DNA of 50,404 nucleotides from Octopus bimaculoides (GCF_001194135.2 NC_069003.1:13259894-13310297), one strand, 5' to 3'. Positions 12,060-25,029 are shown, counted from the stretch's first letter. Numbers and translations: made by a program. The notes: generated from the sequence alone by a model not told the origin.

Positions 12060-12260
12060 TATGAAAACCAACAAAGGCACGTAGAACTCTTGCAGTCGCT
12101 TAACATTCCAAAGCCTTATCTCGAGGAAATGGGCAACAACATATGAATATAAAGTACCACGGTCTTCACACTTCAAGTTTCTTCGACTTCTGTTAACCAA
12201 ATCTCTTTTCACTGTATTTTCTCCTTGACTGTACAACTTAGAGTAAACCGAAGTATCCAT
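12060..12260 (-). CDS. Candidate alternative first coding exon (67 aa, MDTSVYSKLY...FYVPLLVFI)
   Basis: ATG in strong context (ACTATGG), 67 open codons, then ATA|gtaagt in phase 0. Confidence 0.4.
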
Positions 12261-15200
12261 AGTGACAAAATTATAAATAATATAACACACACACACACAC
12301 ACGGTACAATACAACAGCAGCAAAACCCTAAGGATATAAAATATATAATATCGGGTAAGCCAACAGAAATCTTACACACACAAGACGGAAACAACACACA
12401 ACACCACACCACAAAGTCCTATTGCTATGTGAAGACAAGTCAATTTGAGAATCGGAACTGTTGGAACGGATGGGAGAATTTTGACAGTTTTTCACAGCGA
12501 TTTCAAAAGCATGACAAACAACATGTGCAGTTTGAGAAGAGAAAAATCACTCACGCTCCCACTATCGTACACACTTTTACCAACAGTTAAACGCCTACAT
12601 ACTCAGAGTTTACAGCACCAATACAGAAGAACAAAGACTGGAAGCACGAGGTTGAAACATCGTTCACGTTTTACAAAATGTGGCTATCTTTTTAAATGTT
12701 GATTCCCTGGGTGGGGTGGAGCAGAAATTGTAAGAGTTTTGGAACAGCTGTCCATCAGAAGTCTCATGGGAAATGAATTTATGGAAATTACGATTCTGAA
12801 ACAAACAAACAATTACGATTCTGAAAGAAACAAAAAAAAAACCCCATTAATAACTCTTTTTTACATTTCTGCTTCCTCCCTCCAAACGCTTCCATAACAG
12901 AGGTGCGGGACTTAGAGAAACAAACAGGTAATCAATACTCTGCTGCAAGAAATCCTATCTGTACAGCATCGACTACTATTACTATATATTACACCACCAG
13001 TATTTGTTAAAGGGTGGGTGGCAGTCGCGAAAGTGAAGGCATGTATGTATGTGTAGGTTAGAGAAGAGAGGAAAGTGGGCTTCCCGATTGGTAGTCAGGG
13101 ATTTATGAGGCTCCTTGATCGGCCCGACACGGAGGTCCTCTTTTAACAGAGCAGAGGGCCATATGACCATATCCTTGTATAACTAACTACCCACACATTT
13201 TTATCTTCATATTTCTTTCCCTCATTATTCTATTTCTGTGTAAGCCCCACTGTTACCACCACCACCACTTGTGTTAGAGAAAACTGGATTTTTAATTCAA
13301 ATGTTGCATTCAATCAGGTTAGATAAACCTCAATTAATCATTCTCTTATAAAGACAAATATTAAACGGATGTGAAAATATTTTTAAATTGCCCCGCAACT
13401 TTCCTGGTATTACATACAGACTTTCGATGTAATCATGAACACCGTCCCAACTACATCCTTCATATTTACCCCATGTCTCTATATACAACAGAGTCTCAGC
13501 GAGTCAGTGCCCCCCACCCAAAAAAAACAAAAAAAAAACATACCCCCTTCAAATTTATTAAACAAGAGATTAATTTGCTTAAATATAAATGGAAATATTT
13601 TTAATACCCACAACTTTGTTCGTGCACTACGTCTGGACTGAAAGGATTCTTTAACCCCCGAAATTCATATCAATAAAGTTAACAAGGCGACATATTGACA
13701 GTCAGCGGAGTGATTATAAGTATTTCGTTCAAATCACATCGACTCTACCCCTTGCTCTGCTGCCCTTCCAGATTTGATAAAATATGTTCGAGTGAAGTAC
13801 AAGAGCCGATATTATTGACTATAATGTATACATACATACATACATACACGAATCCACCCATTTATATTTGTAGCCAATGAGCCCTAATGTTAGAAGACAG
13901 CAGATATATACGATATTTTATTACCTACAACTTAGCATTGAGGAACATTCCCTTCCCACAAAAGCTGTCGGCTAAAGGAGATTATGATTTCGGGCCCCAC
14001 ATCAGTCAAACGCCCAGTCAAGAGGGTACCAAAGAGTGCCAACTGCTACCAGAAGAAATGTTCGGGTTCTTTTTTACCCGCACTGTAAACACAGGTTTCC
14101 CCGCCACCCAACTGTAGTCATCAATAGAAGGGATACCACACTATACAACAGACATCTGGAAATGACTAACAGCCAAAGGAGATAGGAGAGCAACGAAATA
14201 CAAATTTAGTTGAATGAGTCACTGGTTGTTGAGTGGAAATTTCACAAGAAAACATTAGCCTTGTGATCTGACTGGATCGATTAAGAAGAAAAAATACAGA
14301 AATAATAAAAACAACCATTTATATTGCTTTTTTGCTGTGTATATGAATGCATGTACGTGTATAAAGATGTGTATGTTGTGTTTTGCTCATTATTTTACGT
14401 TTGGACTATCTACAAGCATCCGTCACAATACGTTATAAATATTTTAACATCGAATAAACGTTTTTGTGAAGACTTTTACTCTAATAGAGTGTGATCAACG
14501 CTTATCCGGACGAGGGAACCATTACATGAGTACTGAATCAGCTAAAAACAAATGCCAAATCTCTCATCTTAAGAAAACATGTAACCAACATACTGAAACA
14601 GTCGAAAGACTAATTAGAGAAAACATAAGGTTGTGCGCGTGAGCACGTGTTTATGACTAAAAGCAACCCAAAACTGATCATCACGTTTTTATGGGACCTG
14701 CATTTTCCTTTTCCTAAAAAATACGAGGGTGCTATTTGAGGGAAATTTGAACGCTGCACCGAGCAGTCACTGGCGAAGCTTGATTGGCAGAACAAGAATG
14801 TGAGGGAGACGGTTGACCCCTCTCACCTGCAATGTCTTTTACATTCTGATATACATTTAGAAAAAAAAGGGTTAAAACTGTGACTAAATAAAGGCCTAAA
14901 AGAGCAGTGTTTAACAGGGGTACCACGAATTTTTTATTTACAAAAAAAAAGTCAACGGCGCAGTGCCCTGGACGAGGTCACAAAAATCTTAGCCCAATAA
15001 TATACAAAGCCTAACTCGTCCACATGATTTTAGTGTTTACAGATATTTCAAAAAAGTAAAAATAATGTTAGTAATTCTATTCGGTCAATATCATATCTAT
15101 AGCTGATCTGTCCTTGTTATCTATTTCCACAAAAAGGAAAGATTATCACAACGTCCCATTTGTTTGAATATCGTTCGTACAGCTGAAGCTGCCTAGCTAG

Positions 15201-16934
15201 TATAAAAAAAAAAAAGTCTTTTACAGAACCACCAATTAAACTACTGGAAATAGCTAAATCTATTATTTAAAATCACACCCTCCAACTGCCTTATGACAAG
15301 GTTTATATGACTGGATCGTCTGATCCATTTACATAGGTTAGCTCCGATGCACGACCAGTTGGAACAACGTGTAGCAAAATACAAAGGTTTTGAGAGAATC
15401 TGAATGGAGAGATATAAATAAGTAAAAAAATCTTTAAAAATCGGTGCTTCAACATCCACCCACCCAACCTCAAGTGTGTNNNNNNNNNNNNNNNNNNNNN
15501 NNNNNNNNNNNNNNNNNNNNNNNNNNNNNNNNNNNNNNNNNNNNNNNNNNNNNNNNNNNNNNNNNNNNNNNNNNNNNNNNNNNNNNNNNNNNNNNNNNNN
15601 NNNNNNNNNNNNNNNNNNNNNNNNNNNNNNNNNNNNNNNNNNNNNNNNNNNNNNNNNNNNNNNNNNNNNNNNNNNNNNNNNNNNNNNNNNNNNNNNNNNN
15701 NAATCCGTAGAGGGCAAAATGTAAAGGACGGTAGTTTATTTGGGTTTTTTTTAATGTTATTACCAAAACCAGCAGGGCTGATTTCATCATCCCAGAGGAT
15801 CGAAAGATGAGGATGGGGCGGAGGAACAACGAAAAGAAACGTGATCCGTAGAGGGCAAAATGAATAGGATGGGAATTTTTTTTTTTTTTACTACGTTATT
15901 ACCAAAACCAAAACAGTTGCCGCAAAATCTCACCACCCTCCCCCGCATGACCTTTTAATGAGATTTTGGGAATATCGATCATTAAAGGAGTCTGTCTGAA
16001 AACCAGGATTGGCCTAAGTTTAACATTAATGAGGTGGATCTGACGAAGATAGGAGGGACACCTTTTCACACAGAAAAAGCTACCAAATTTTCCCCCAAAT
16101 AGCAGCATCCTGCTGGGAGAGGAAAGGGCACAACAAGAGAATGTGGGTTATTTTTTTAATAAGTGGAGATAGATGGCTGTAGCTGGAATGAAATGATTTT
16201 GATCATAGATATAATCTATCACATCAGAAGAGTGGAGTACAAGTGCTTGGACGAATTCCTAAACTCCACAGTATGCAATTCCAGTCTCATATTGTACTAA
16301 GTACGTATATAAATACACACACGTGTGTTGGATACGGACGTGATACATATGCATCATATATTGCGCATTGTCAATACATAAAACGCACAAGTATTATTCT
16401 TTAAACAAACACATAAGTACACAAACACACATATATATATACACACACACACACATTCTTGTGTCCCATTGTTTACATTACATCAACACACACGGCTGTA
16501 ACAATATTTTAAAAAGACAAAAGACGATGAATTGCTTGTAGACAGAAGGGGAGGAGGATGAAAGGTAGAGAGTGAGGTTGGTAGGTTCGAGTCAGCTAGA
16601 AGTAAACAAACATTGTCGAAATAGGTTAGTGGCGTGATTCAATAGATTTCTGATAAACAGTATTGTCATTCTACTTCAACCAGTCGTCCGTCCACACACA
16701 CCCTCTCTCGTATTTATTTGTATGTGGAAACAGCGTGACAATCGTGTATGCAATATAGGAGCATATGTGCGCATGTGTACGCATTGAGGTATGTGGAATA
16801 TGAAAGAGATGCATTAAAATATGTAAAAACATCTATTTATCCAACTTCACTTGCCCACCGCGCGTTACTACTACTCCAGTGAAGTGGTGGAATAGTAGAA
16901 AGGTGGAGAAAGGAGACAAGCGTTATATACATAT

Positions 16935-16971
<37 letters not shown>

Positions 16972-17666
16972 CATATATATACATATATATACATATATAT
17001 ATATATATGTATATATATNNNNNNNNNNNNNNNNNNNNNNNNNNNNNNNNNNNNNNNNNNNNNNNNNNNNNNNNNNNNNNNNNNNNNNNNNNNNNNNNNN
17101 NNNNNNNNNNNNNNNNNNNNNNNNNNNNNNNNNNNNNNNNNNNNNNNNNNNNNNNNNNNNNNNNNNNNNNNNNNNNNNNNNNNNNNNNNNNNNNNNNNNN
17201 NNNNNNNNNNNNNNNNNNNNNNNNNNNNNNNNNNNNNNNNNNNNNNNNNNNNNNNNNNNNNNNNNNNNNNNNNNNNNNNNNNNNNNNNNNNNNNNNNNNN
17301 NNNNNNNNNNNNNNNNNNNNNNNNNNNNNNNNNNNNNNNNNNNNNNNNNNNNNNNNNNNNNNNNNNNNNNNNNNNNNNNNNNNNNNNNNNNNNNNNNNNN
17401 NNNNNNNNNNNNNNNNNNNNNNNNNNNNNNNNNNNNNNNNNNNNNNNNNNNNNNNNNNNNNNNNNNNNNNNNNNNNNNNNNNNNNNNNNNNNNNNNNNNN
17501 NNNNNNNNNNNNNNNNNNNNNNNNNNNNNNNNNNNNNNNNNNNNNNNNNNNNNNNNNNNNNNNNNNNNNNNNNNNNNNNNNNNNNNNNNNNNNNNNNNNN
17601 NNNNNNNNNNNNNNNNNNNNNNNNNNNNNNNNNNNNNNNNNNNNNNNNNNNNNNNNNNNNNNNNNN

Positions 17667-17705
<39 letters not shown>

Positions 17706-20700
17706 TTATATATATATATATATAAGCAGTGGATGTTCCGCATACAGTGCAGTAGGTGAGCAGCAAACAAACAGTGGAGAGGAGACGGAAAGCAGCAGAT
17801 GATCAGCGGGAAAGCAGTAGAACAGAGTTTAAAGACGCAGTTTCGTTATATGAACGAAAACAGAATAAATGGCAAATAAAATATGTCGATCAGCAACGCC
17901 ACATATTTTCTTTTCAAGTGGACATTTCGAGGACACGACGGAATCAAATCTATGGCATATACACACACATTATATATGATTATACACACACATAAACACA
18001 GTAATAAATAATAGGAACAGAACTGCTTTGATATTTAAATAATGATGATAATTATAATCTAATCTAAACAAGGAAGGAAGCTTTAGAGAGAATGGTACAT
18101 AATGAATGGCCTGATGAGAGAGGACAAGAGGAAAAATAAACGAGTTGGATAATAAAAAAATTGTTTAGAAGTTGAATGTGGAGGTAGGATTATCGTAACT
18201 GACATGATCAATTCTTATAAATTATCATTTTATTAATAATGTTGTGAATAAATACCAAAAAACTCAGTTACAGAACAAGTGGACTCGACCCGACCTCATC
18301 CGACACAGGAACTGTTTCTGCTCCGATCTTGACCAAGTTTTCCTTATAACTAACAACCTGAATCTGGCGCAATTCAGAATCGAAATTGAAACATAATCAT
18401 TGCTAAACACTAAATTGTAATCTTGGAGAAAGAATGAAATTAAGGCAAAGCAAAACGATTTGGGAACTGGTTTAGTTTTTATAAGGATTTTTTTTTTAAA
18501 CCTAATAAAATAATGGAGCATAATTCAGGATGATTGCAGTGGTACATACAAGTTAATACCCTACATAAGGTTCTGTAAGTAAGTACTGTGGTGGTCGGAG
18601 TAGCTAGTACCAATACAAGACAACACCGTTTCCCACCTCTCTGCCGAAATATCTAGCAGTAGGTTCTAGAAAACCAAGACGAAACGAGGAGTGGGAGCAA
18701 ATAGAAAAAAATTTTTTAAAACATACCCATCACTGGGGTACTGGTTATTAAAATTAATGTAACATAACACTATTAGCACCATCTCCACAACAATAATTTT
18801 GGTAAGCGGATTAATAACATAACATGGAATTTTCCAAACAAAACAGGAAATGGGAGTTACCACCACCATTACACTACAATAATGACAGAGTGGTCGCTGG
18901 ACTTACAAGAAACAACAGCCAAATCTCCCTCAAATCAAACATCTTTTGAAAAAAAAGAGACTGGTCGGAGTTGTTAAGAGGGTATAAACAAGAATTATAT
19001 CAACAAACACTATTAATGTTCGACCTTCTAAAAGTAACAGCTACTTCTTCAAAATTATACCCTACGATCTTAAAATACAACCAGCTTCAAATCAGATGGA
19101 CACATTGGAGATTAATGTGGTTCTCATTCCAAGAGAAAGACAGGAGATGGTCATCATTGGAACACTTGATTATAGATCTGCACATTCAGGGTTATTCTGA
19201 AACTAAACAACAATAAAAACAAACACCCTCAACACAAGACAACAAGCACCACCACCATAACAAAAATCACGAGTGCTGCTACAATAATAAACAAACAGCG
19301 GACAATGTGTGCGTGTGTATGTGTGTGCGTGAATAATTCTGTTTACATTGTTGACAGTCAGACATGGTTGGATTAGGCCAGCCATTTGATAATTAAGGGT
19401 TGCTCGTTTATAGCTGACCAAGGGTTAAACAATAACCACCACCATTACCGAAACATTGCTCGAAGTAAATGAAATGACCAGTATTAGTGGTGCAAAAGAT
19501 GGCTTTTACCAAATGTTGCACCCTAATTCGAGGAACAACGATAAACAATCGCGACGAACCCAACGGCCTCACCCAATTACAATGTGGCTGAGTCTTTCAT
19601 GCCTTGTCTTCGAGGAAAGGGAAATTTTAACCCTCCATACAGTTTTATACACCCAGATCAGAGTAAAGGGAAAGGAGTGATGTAGAGAAATGGTAAAGAG
19701 TACACTGGGAATAGATAAGATGTGCTATCTTATATTTGTGTCCAAAAGGATTTCTACTCAGTCAACCCATCTTCACTCAATAAGTCCCACAACCACAACA
19801 AACCCATCCAGTTGCTAGGTCTCCCTCAAACCACATGTCTCAATAAAGGACATATGGATGATGTAGTTTCAAGTAGATAGAATACCGTATATATATATGG
19901 CTAGACTGGTCTCTAGGCACAGACCCGCTTGTTCAGAGACATCCGTCAAAAGAGAGAGAAAAAAAAAAAGACAAGTTAATGTAGTTCTAGACGAAAATAT
20001 GGGGTAGTCATGATTGGAATGTCTTATTATTTGTGTAGATATTGTCAAGTCCAGCCAGAAAATAAACAACTACATTAACAATGAAAGAGACCTGTGTAGT
20101 TGCGAGTAATATGTTAGAAATAATTCCTTGAAATCCCAAGCTTTAAGTCTTACAAAAATAGGGGGGAGTGGCAATTATGGTGTGTAATGTAATATACTAT
20201 CTGAAAGGAAATATAAAATAAAACGGTGATTATGTCATTTTTTTTGGACTGACTTGTTCGATCACAGTCGACCTGGGGTTGAACAACACCCCTTCTACAC
20301 AAAATTCCCAGAATGGAGGGAGGCGGTCAAGGCTGGAACGAACAGATTCTGTAGTACAAACGCGACAGTTTAGAAGAGTAGGGAAAACCACCGAACGCCT
20401 TATAAATATGACTTAGCAAACCGTCCCAAGGGTAATCAATGAAGTTACATCGGATTTAACAACAGATTCGAGAGGTGACGATGGAGAGAGAACATAAGTA
20501 CATGTGTTTGTATTTATATTTATAAATAAAGACAGGTGTGGGAAGATTTAGAGAGAGAGAGAGGACAGATGCATAAAAGCTAGATAGAGGCAAGCTACTT
20601 AAATAACTATGAAGATCGATACATAGTTATAAACAGATAGAGATAAGATAAAGATACTTATGGATAGGATAGGATAGATATATATTGAAAGATAGAGATA

Positions 20701-20737
20701 GGCAGTTACGATATACAGAAAACAAAGTAAAACTTAC

Positions 20738-20746
20738 CTCTAACAT
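20738..20746 (-). CDS. MKNK1: Probable first coding micro-segment Met-Leu-Glu
   Basis: ggcATCATG TTA GAG|gtaagt: consensus donor, phase 0, A at -3. Lies ~1 kb downstream of a TATA promoter on the same strand. Confidence 0.7.
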
Positions 20747-20847
20747 GATGCCAAGTCCTCAAGAGTAAAAAAACGTTTTCAACAATAAATAATGTTGGTG
20801 TTGATATTGGTTGAATAAATTATGACAGATGACTATTTTATATATAT

Positions 20848-20879
<32 letters not shown>

Positions 20880-21448
20880 ATATATATATATCCAACGGTG
20901 GTAGTGATAAATAATATAGTAACGGGTACTTCTTACTAGTTTTTTTAGGGTACTTGTTTAACTAGTAGGTTGTACTTTAGGCACACTAGGCTGCTTCAAA
21001 TTCTCCAAATCGCTACCGCCTTCACATATACACATATATATATATACCCCACGAGTGGTTTTGTGGATGCGTCCAGTTAAAAAAATACTTTCTTTAAGAA
21101 ACAAAGAAAGATGCAGAAGAGAGGTCTTTTTCTTGTCTTCTTTCTCTGGGCAGCAACAATAACAATAATGAAGTCCTTTTTTTTTTCTTTCAAGATGGAC
21201 AGAACACTGCAAGATAGAACCACAGTCTCTTTCTTTCAAGGTACTCGGCAGGAAAAATATATATATCCTACTTATCGTTGTTATTGCTTTTATCGCTTCT
21301 CTTTCTCTAATCTTCTACCCGCTTCTAAGAAGTTATAATAACAATAAATAAATTATTGTTATTATATAAATGGTGTTGGAGATCTTCCGTTTCTTTCTTG
21401 TAAGCCTTGATGACAAACCCCTTCGTAAAAAGGTGCATAAATATAAAT

Positions 21449-21479
<31 letters not shown>

Positions 21480-21741
21480 TTGAATATTTATAACAACACC
21501 CTGGGTGGGTGACTTTTTAAGGGAACTTTTTTTTCCCCGAAGAGACTTTGGCAAGAAATAAATAAACAACAACCACTAAACTTCTTTCTTCTCCTTCCTT
21601 CTTCAACCTGCCTGTCACCCTCAGCTAACTGGCTGGAAGTAAGACTTCCCCTAAAAGTTGGGCGGAACACACTATTCTTCACTACCTATCCATTTTCATA
21701 ACCAAGCGCTTGAATGGTGCCTGGCTGCGTGTCGCGTCGCC

Positions 21742-21812
21742 TTTTATACGGCCAACGTGCCTGCTGCCTGACGTGGCTTGTGACGTAGCACAAAACGTCA
21801 TGCCACTTCCGG
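21742..21812 (-). promoter_or_regulatory. MNK promoter: TATA box, three CRE/ATF half-sites and an ETS site
   Basis: TATAAAA on the minus strand at 21748-21742. TGACGTGG at 21769-21776, TGACGTA at 21781-21787, ACGTCA at 21795-21800, and ACTTCCGG (CCGGAAGT) at 21805-21812. CpG-rich island in AT-rich DNA. Predicted TSS ~21712-21718. Confidence 0.7.
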
Positions 21813-21839
21813 CTTCTTCACCTAAATTTCCCTCTTACT

Positions 21840-22620
21840 CATTTTGTATCGTTGTTTTCCTAATACATCGCCCCTCTCTTATTCTCTCTCCCATTCTCTC
21901 TGTCTTTCTCACTTCTTCTCTCACTCTCTCTTTTTCTCACTCGCTCTCTTTCTCCCTCGTTCTCACTCTCTCTTCCTCTCTTGGCTCAATACTTATTCTT
22001 TTACAGTGTCCCCTCGTCTATTCTTCTAATCTCTTTCTCTCACTCATACATTTTATCTCAAGTTTATGCGTACATACATACATATATATGTGTGTGTATG
22101 AAACTGGTTCATATTCTTATACGTTTTATCTTTCTCTTTCTTTTCCATTCCTATTTCTATTGACAGTTATCTTCAATTGCAAGTCTTAACTCCACATCAC
22201 ACCACTCTATTCCACTTCACTCACTTGTTTATTACAAGCTTACAGGACATCACCTCTCCCTGCACTTACCCACAAAAACACACCATCTTTCTCTCTCTCC
22301 CTCCATCTCTCTTTCGCTTTCTTTTAGTCACTCTTTCTTTCTATCTTTCACGACCCTCACTCACTTTCTCTTACAATAACTTCAAATGTCTTCCGACCCT
22401 CCCTCTCATTTCTCTGTTTATCCCTTTCTTTTTCTCTTTCATTCATTTGGACTTCCTTCACCTCCTTTCTCTGACGACTCACTTCTGTATCTATAATCTC
22501 TCCAACTCTCTTTCTCTCTCTCCTTTTTCTCTAGAGTTTTCTATTTACAAATTTAAGTCTTTCTTCATTCCCCTCTTTCTTTCTTACTCTCTCTCTCTCT
22601 CTCTCTGTATCTTTCTTTGT
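21840..22620 (+). repeat. ~780-bp polypyrimidine (CT-rich) low-complexity tract
   Basis: Strong C/T bias on the plus strand with (CT)n runs, starting immediately upstream of the promoter. Confidence 0.85.
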
Positions 22621-23475
22621 GTCTAACTGTCATTATATCTTGCTACCCTTTAAATTCTATTTCGTATTTATTATTACCAACGACCAATAACACAACCCTG
22701 CTTTGCTGCACGCAGACGCATAAGTATATGCTATATACGCAGAAATATGTATATACGCATCTATGCAAATGTATATATATTGTGACATTAAAATTCTTTT
22801 AAACTTTCGAGAGAACGAGAAATAATTATTTTTATGCACACATAACACTATAAACAATAGTATGTAAATACTAGGTGGAAAAATATATGCATACATACTT
22901 ATACACACACACCCATGTGTATGAATGTATATGCAAATAGGTATTGTAACGAAAGAATACCTACAAATACACACACACATATATATATTACATAGATATA
23001 TATACATATATACAAACACACATATATATACGCACACATGCCTAGGTACAAAGATGCTAATGCCTAATCAGCGCAAATGCACAAAATATACATGAACACG
23101 CGTGCTCGTAGATATCCATACACAACATAAAAAGAGTAAACATCCAAGATGTCCCATTCCCACCCCCTACACACACTTGGATACACTTGAGGCCTTGTGT
23201 CTACGTAGTGTCTGACTCAAGCATGAGTGAAATGTCCACTACGAGATAGATACATCTGTTAATTTCACTTCAGCATTTATAACTAATTCTGTTAGCTTTA
23301 GAAGGGAGAGTTTGGTGGAAGTTTATGTGACATTTATACCTCGTCATGAGGTATTAGTAATGTAAGAGGCAGGGATTGAAACTACTCTATTGTGAATTGA
23401 AACTGGATCAACACTGGACATATATTTGTGTGTGTGCGCACGCACGTGCATGTGATTGTATATGTCGTGTGTCAT

Positions 23476-23879
23476 GCAGGAGTGGCTGTGTGGTAAGTAG
23501 CTTGCTTACCAACCACATGGTTCCGGGTTCAGTCCCACTGCGTGGCACCTTGGGCAAGTGTCTTCTACTATAGCCTCGGGGCGACCAAAGCCTTGTGAGT
23601 GGATTTGGTAGATGGAAACTGGAAGAAGTCCGTCGTATATATGTATATATATGTATGTGTTTGTGTGTCTGTGTTTGTCCCCCCCACCCAGCATCGCTTG
23701 ACAACCGATGCTGGTGTGATCATGTCCCCGTAACTTAGCGGTTTGGCAAAAAGTGACCCGATAGAATAAGTACTAGGCTTACAAAGAATAAGTCCTGGGG
23801 TTGATTTGATTCGACTAAAGGCGGTGCTCCAGCATGGCCGCAGTCAAATGACTGAAACAAGTAAAAGAGTAAAAGAGTA
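23476..23879 (+). mobile_element. Full-length tRNA-derived SINE, family A
   Basis: A-box-like TGGCTGTGTGG, B-box-like GGTTCAGTCC, ggcaccttgggcaagtgtcttc module, internal (TA/TG)n, tail AAAAGAGTAAAAGAG. More than 12 homologous copies in the window. Confidence 0.9.
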
Positions 23880-24625
23880 TATGCATATATACATTTGTAT
23901 ATACGTACGTCACACATGCATGTACAAATGTGTGTGCGTTTATGCATGTTGCACACGTATGTGTGTATATATGTGCGTGTCTATATGCAACAATATGTAT
24001 GTATGTGTGTATGTCATGAACATACGTTTGTATACGAATATATATCAGTGTCGCAAACACATGTCTTTAGATGTGTGTGTGTGTGTGCTCTTGCATGTTA
24101 AAGTTTAAAAGTGTTCGACGAAAACAAAAAAAAAAAAANNNNNNNNNNAAAAAAAAAAAAAAAAAAGCTGATGTCATTTATGCTGTGTTCTTTCGTGTCC
24201 TGTAATCTGGCATTTCTGCAACTAGATATCGATTTTAAAAAATGTAAGTATTGGAGTATTGCATTATGATTGATTAAATTCTCGAAGGCCTCGCCCCAGC
24301 ATGGCCACAGTCCAATGATTTGTCAATAAGTGAGACGTGAATAAAATGATCTAGAATATAAATGCATAAATATCTAGATATTATAAAACACCTTTTTTTT
24401 TTCCATTGATACATCACGCAAAGCGTTACTCATGTTCAGGGTCTTTTGCTATTTTGGCTTGCAACAAACCTCTAAACATTTTCTGATGAAGGATTTCTTC
24501 AGCTGCACTGAAAAATAACTTTTACTCCACCACTCTATACTTTCAGAACAAATATATATGTGCTTCAATATATTCCACCCAATGAAGTACCCACACATGG
24601 CTGTTGTATAAAAAATATTCAACTA

Positions 24626-25029
24626 TATCTTTTATCTTTTACTTATTTCAGTCATTAGACTGCAGCCATCCTGGGGCATCACCTTAAAGAATTTTTAGTC
24701 AAACAAATCAACTCCTGTACTTCTTTTTTTTATCAAAGACTGGTACATATTCTTTCGTTCTCTTTTGCTGAACCACTAAGTTACAGCGACATAAATACAC
24801 CAGCACCAGTTGTCAAGCAGTGGTGGGAGACAAACACACATGCACACAGACACACACACACACATGTATATATATGAATGGCTTCTTTCAGTTTCCATCT
24901 ACCAAATCTACTCACAAGGCTTTGGTTGGTCTGAGGCAATAGTAGAAGACACTTGCCCAAGGTGCCATGCAGTGGGACTGAACATGGAACCATGTGGTTG
25001 GGAAGCAAGCTACTTAGCACACAGCCATG
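24626..25029 (-). mobile_element. Full-length SINE family A
   Basis: Reverse complement aligns over its length with 23476-23879. Confidence 0.88.

Noticed and set aside
14732-14926. ORF with a signal-peptide or TM-like N-terminus (VPLLNTALLGLYLVTVLTLFFL)
   Set aside because: It starts at GTG, with no in-frame ATG before the upstream TGA at 14978-14980 and no convincing splice sites.
15241-17802. Long ORFs in the track at 15.2-17.8 kb (also 26.6, 38.8 and 39.7 kb)
   Set aside because: They are artefacts of N-gaps and (TA)n runs read through as X, Y and I.
18111-18140. Other CTGATGA or CTGAAGA heptamers (also ~9866, ~24483, ~33648)
   Set aside because: None has a pairable stem II followed by GAAA and a closing stem I.
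20408-20418. ARE-like ATGACTTAGCA and scattered AP-1 heptamers (14215, 23213, ~41674, ~44476)
   Set aside because: They are isolated and occur at about chance frequency for 50 kb.
23480-23545. tRNA-like A/B boxes
   Set aside because: These are SINE heads with no complete cloverleaf, so they were not called as tRNA genes.
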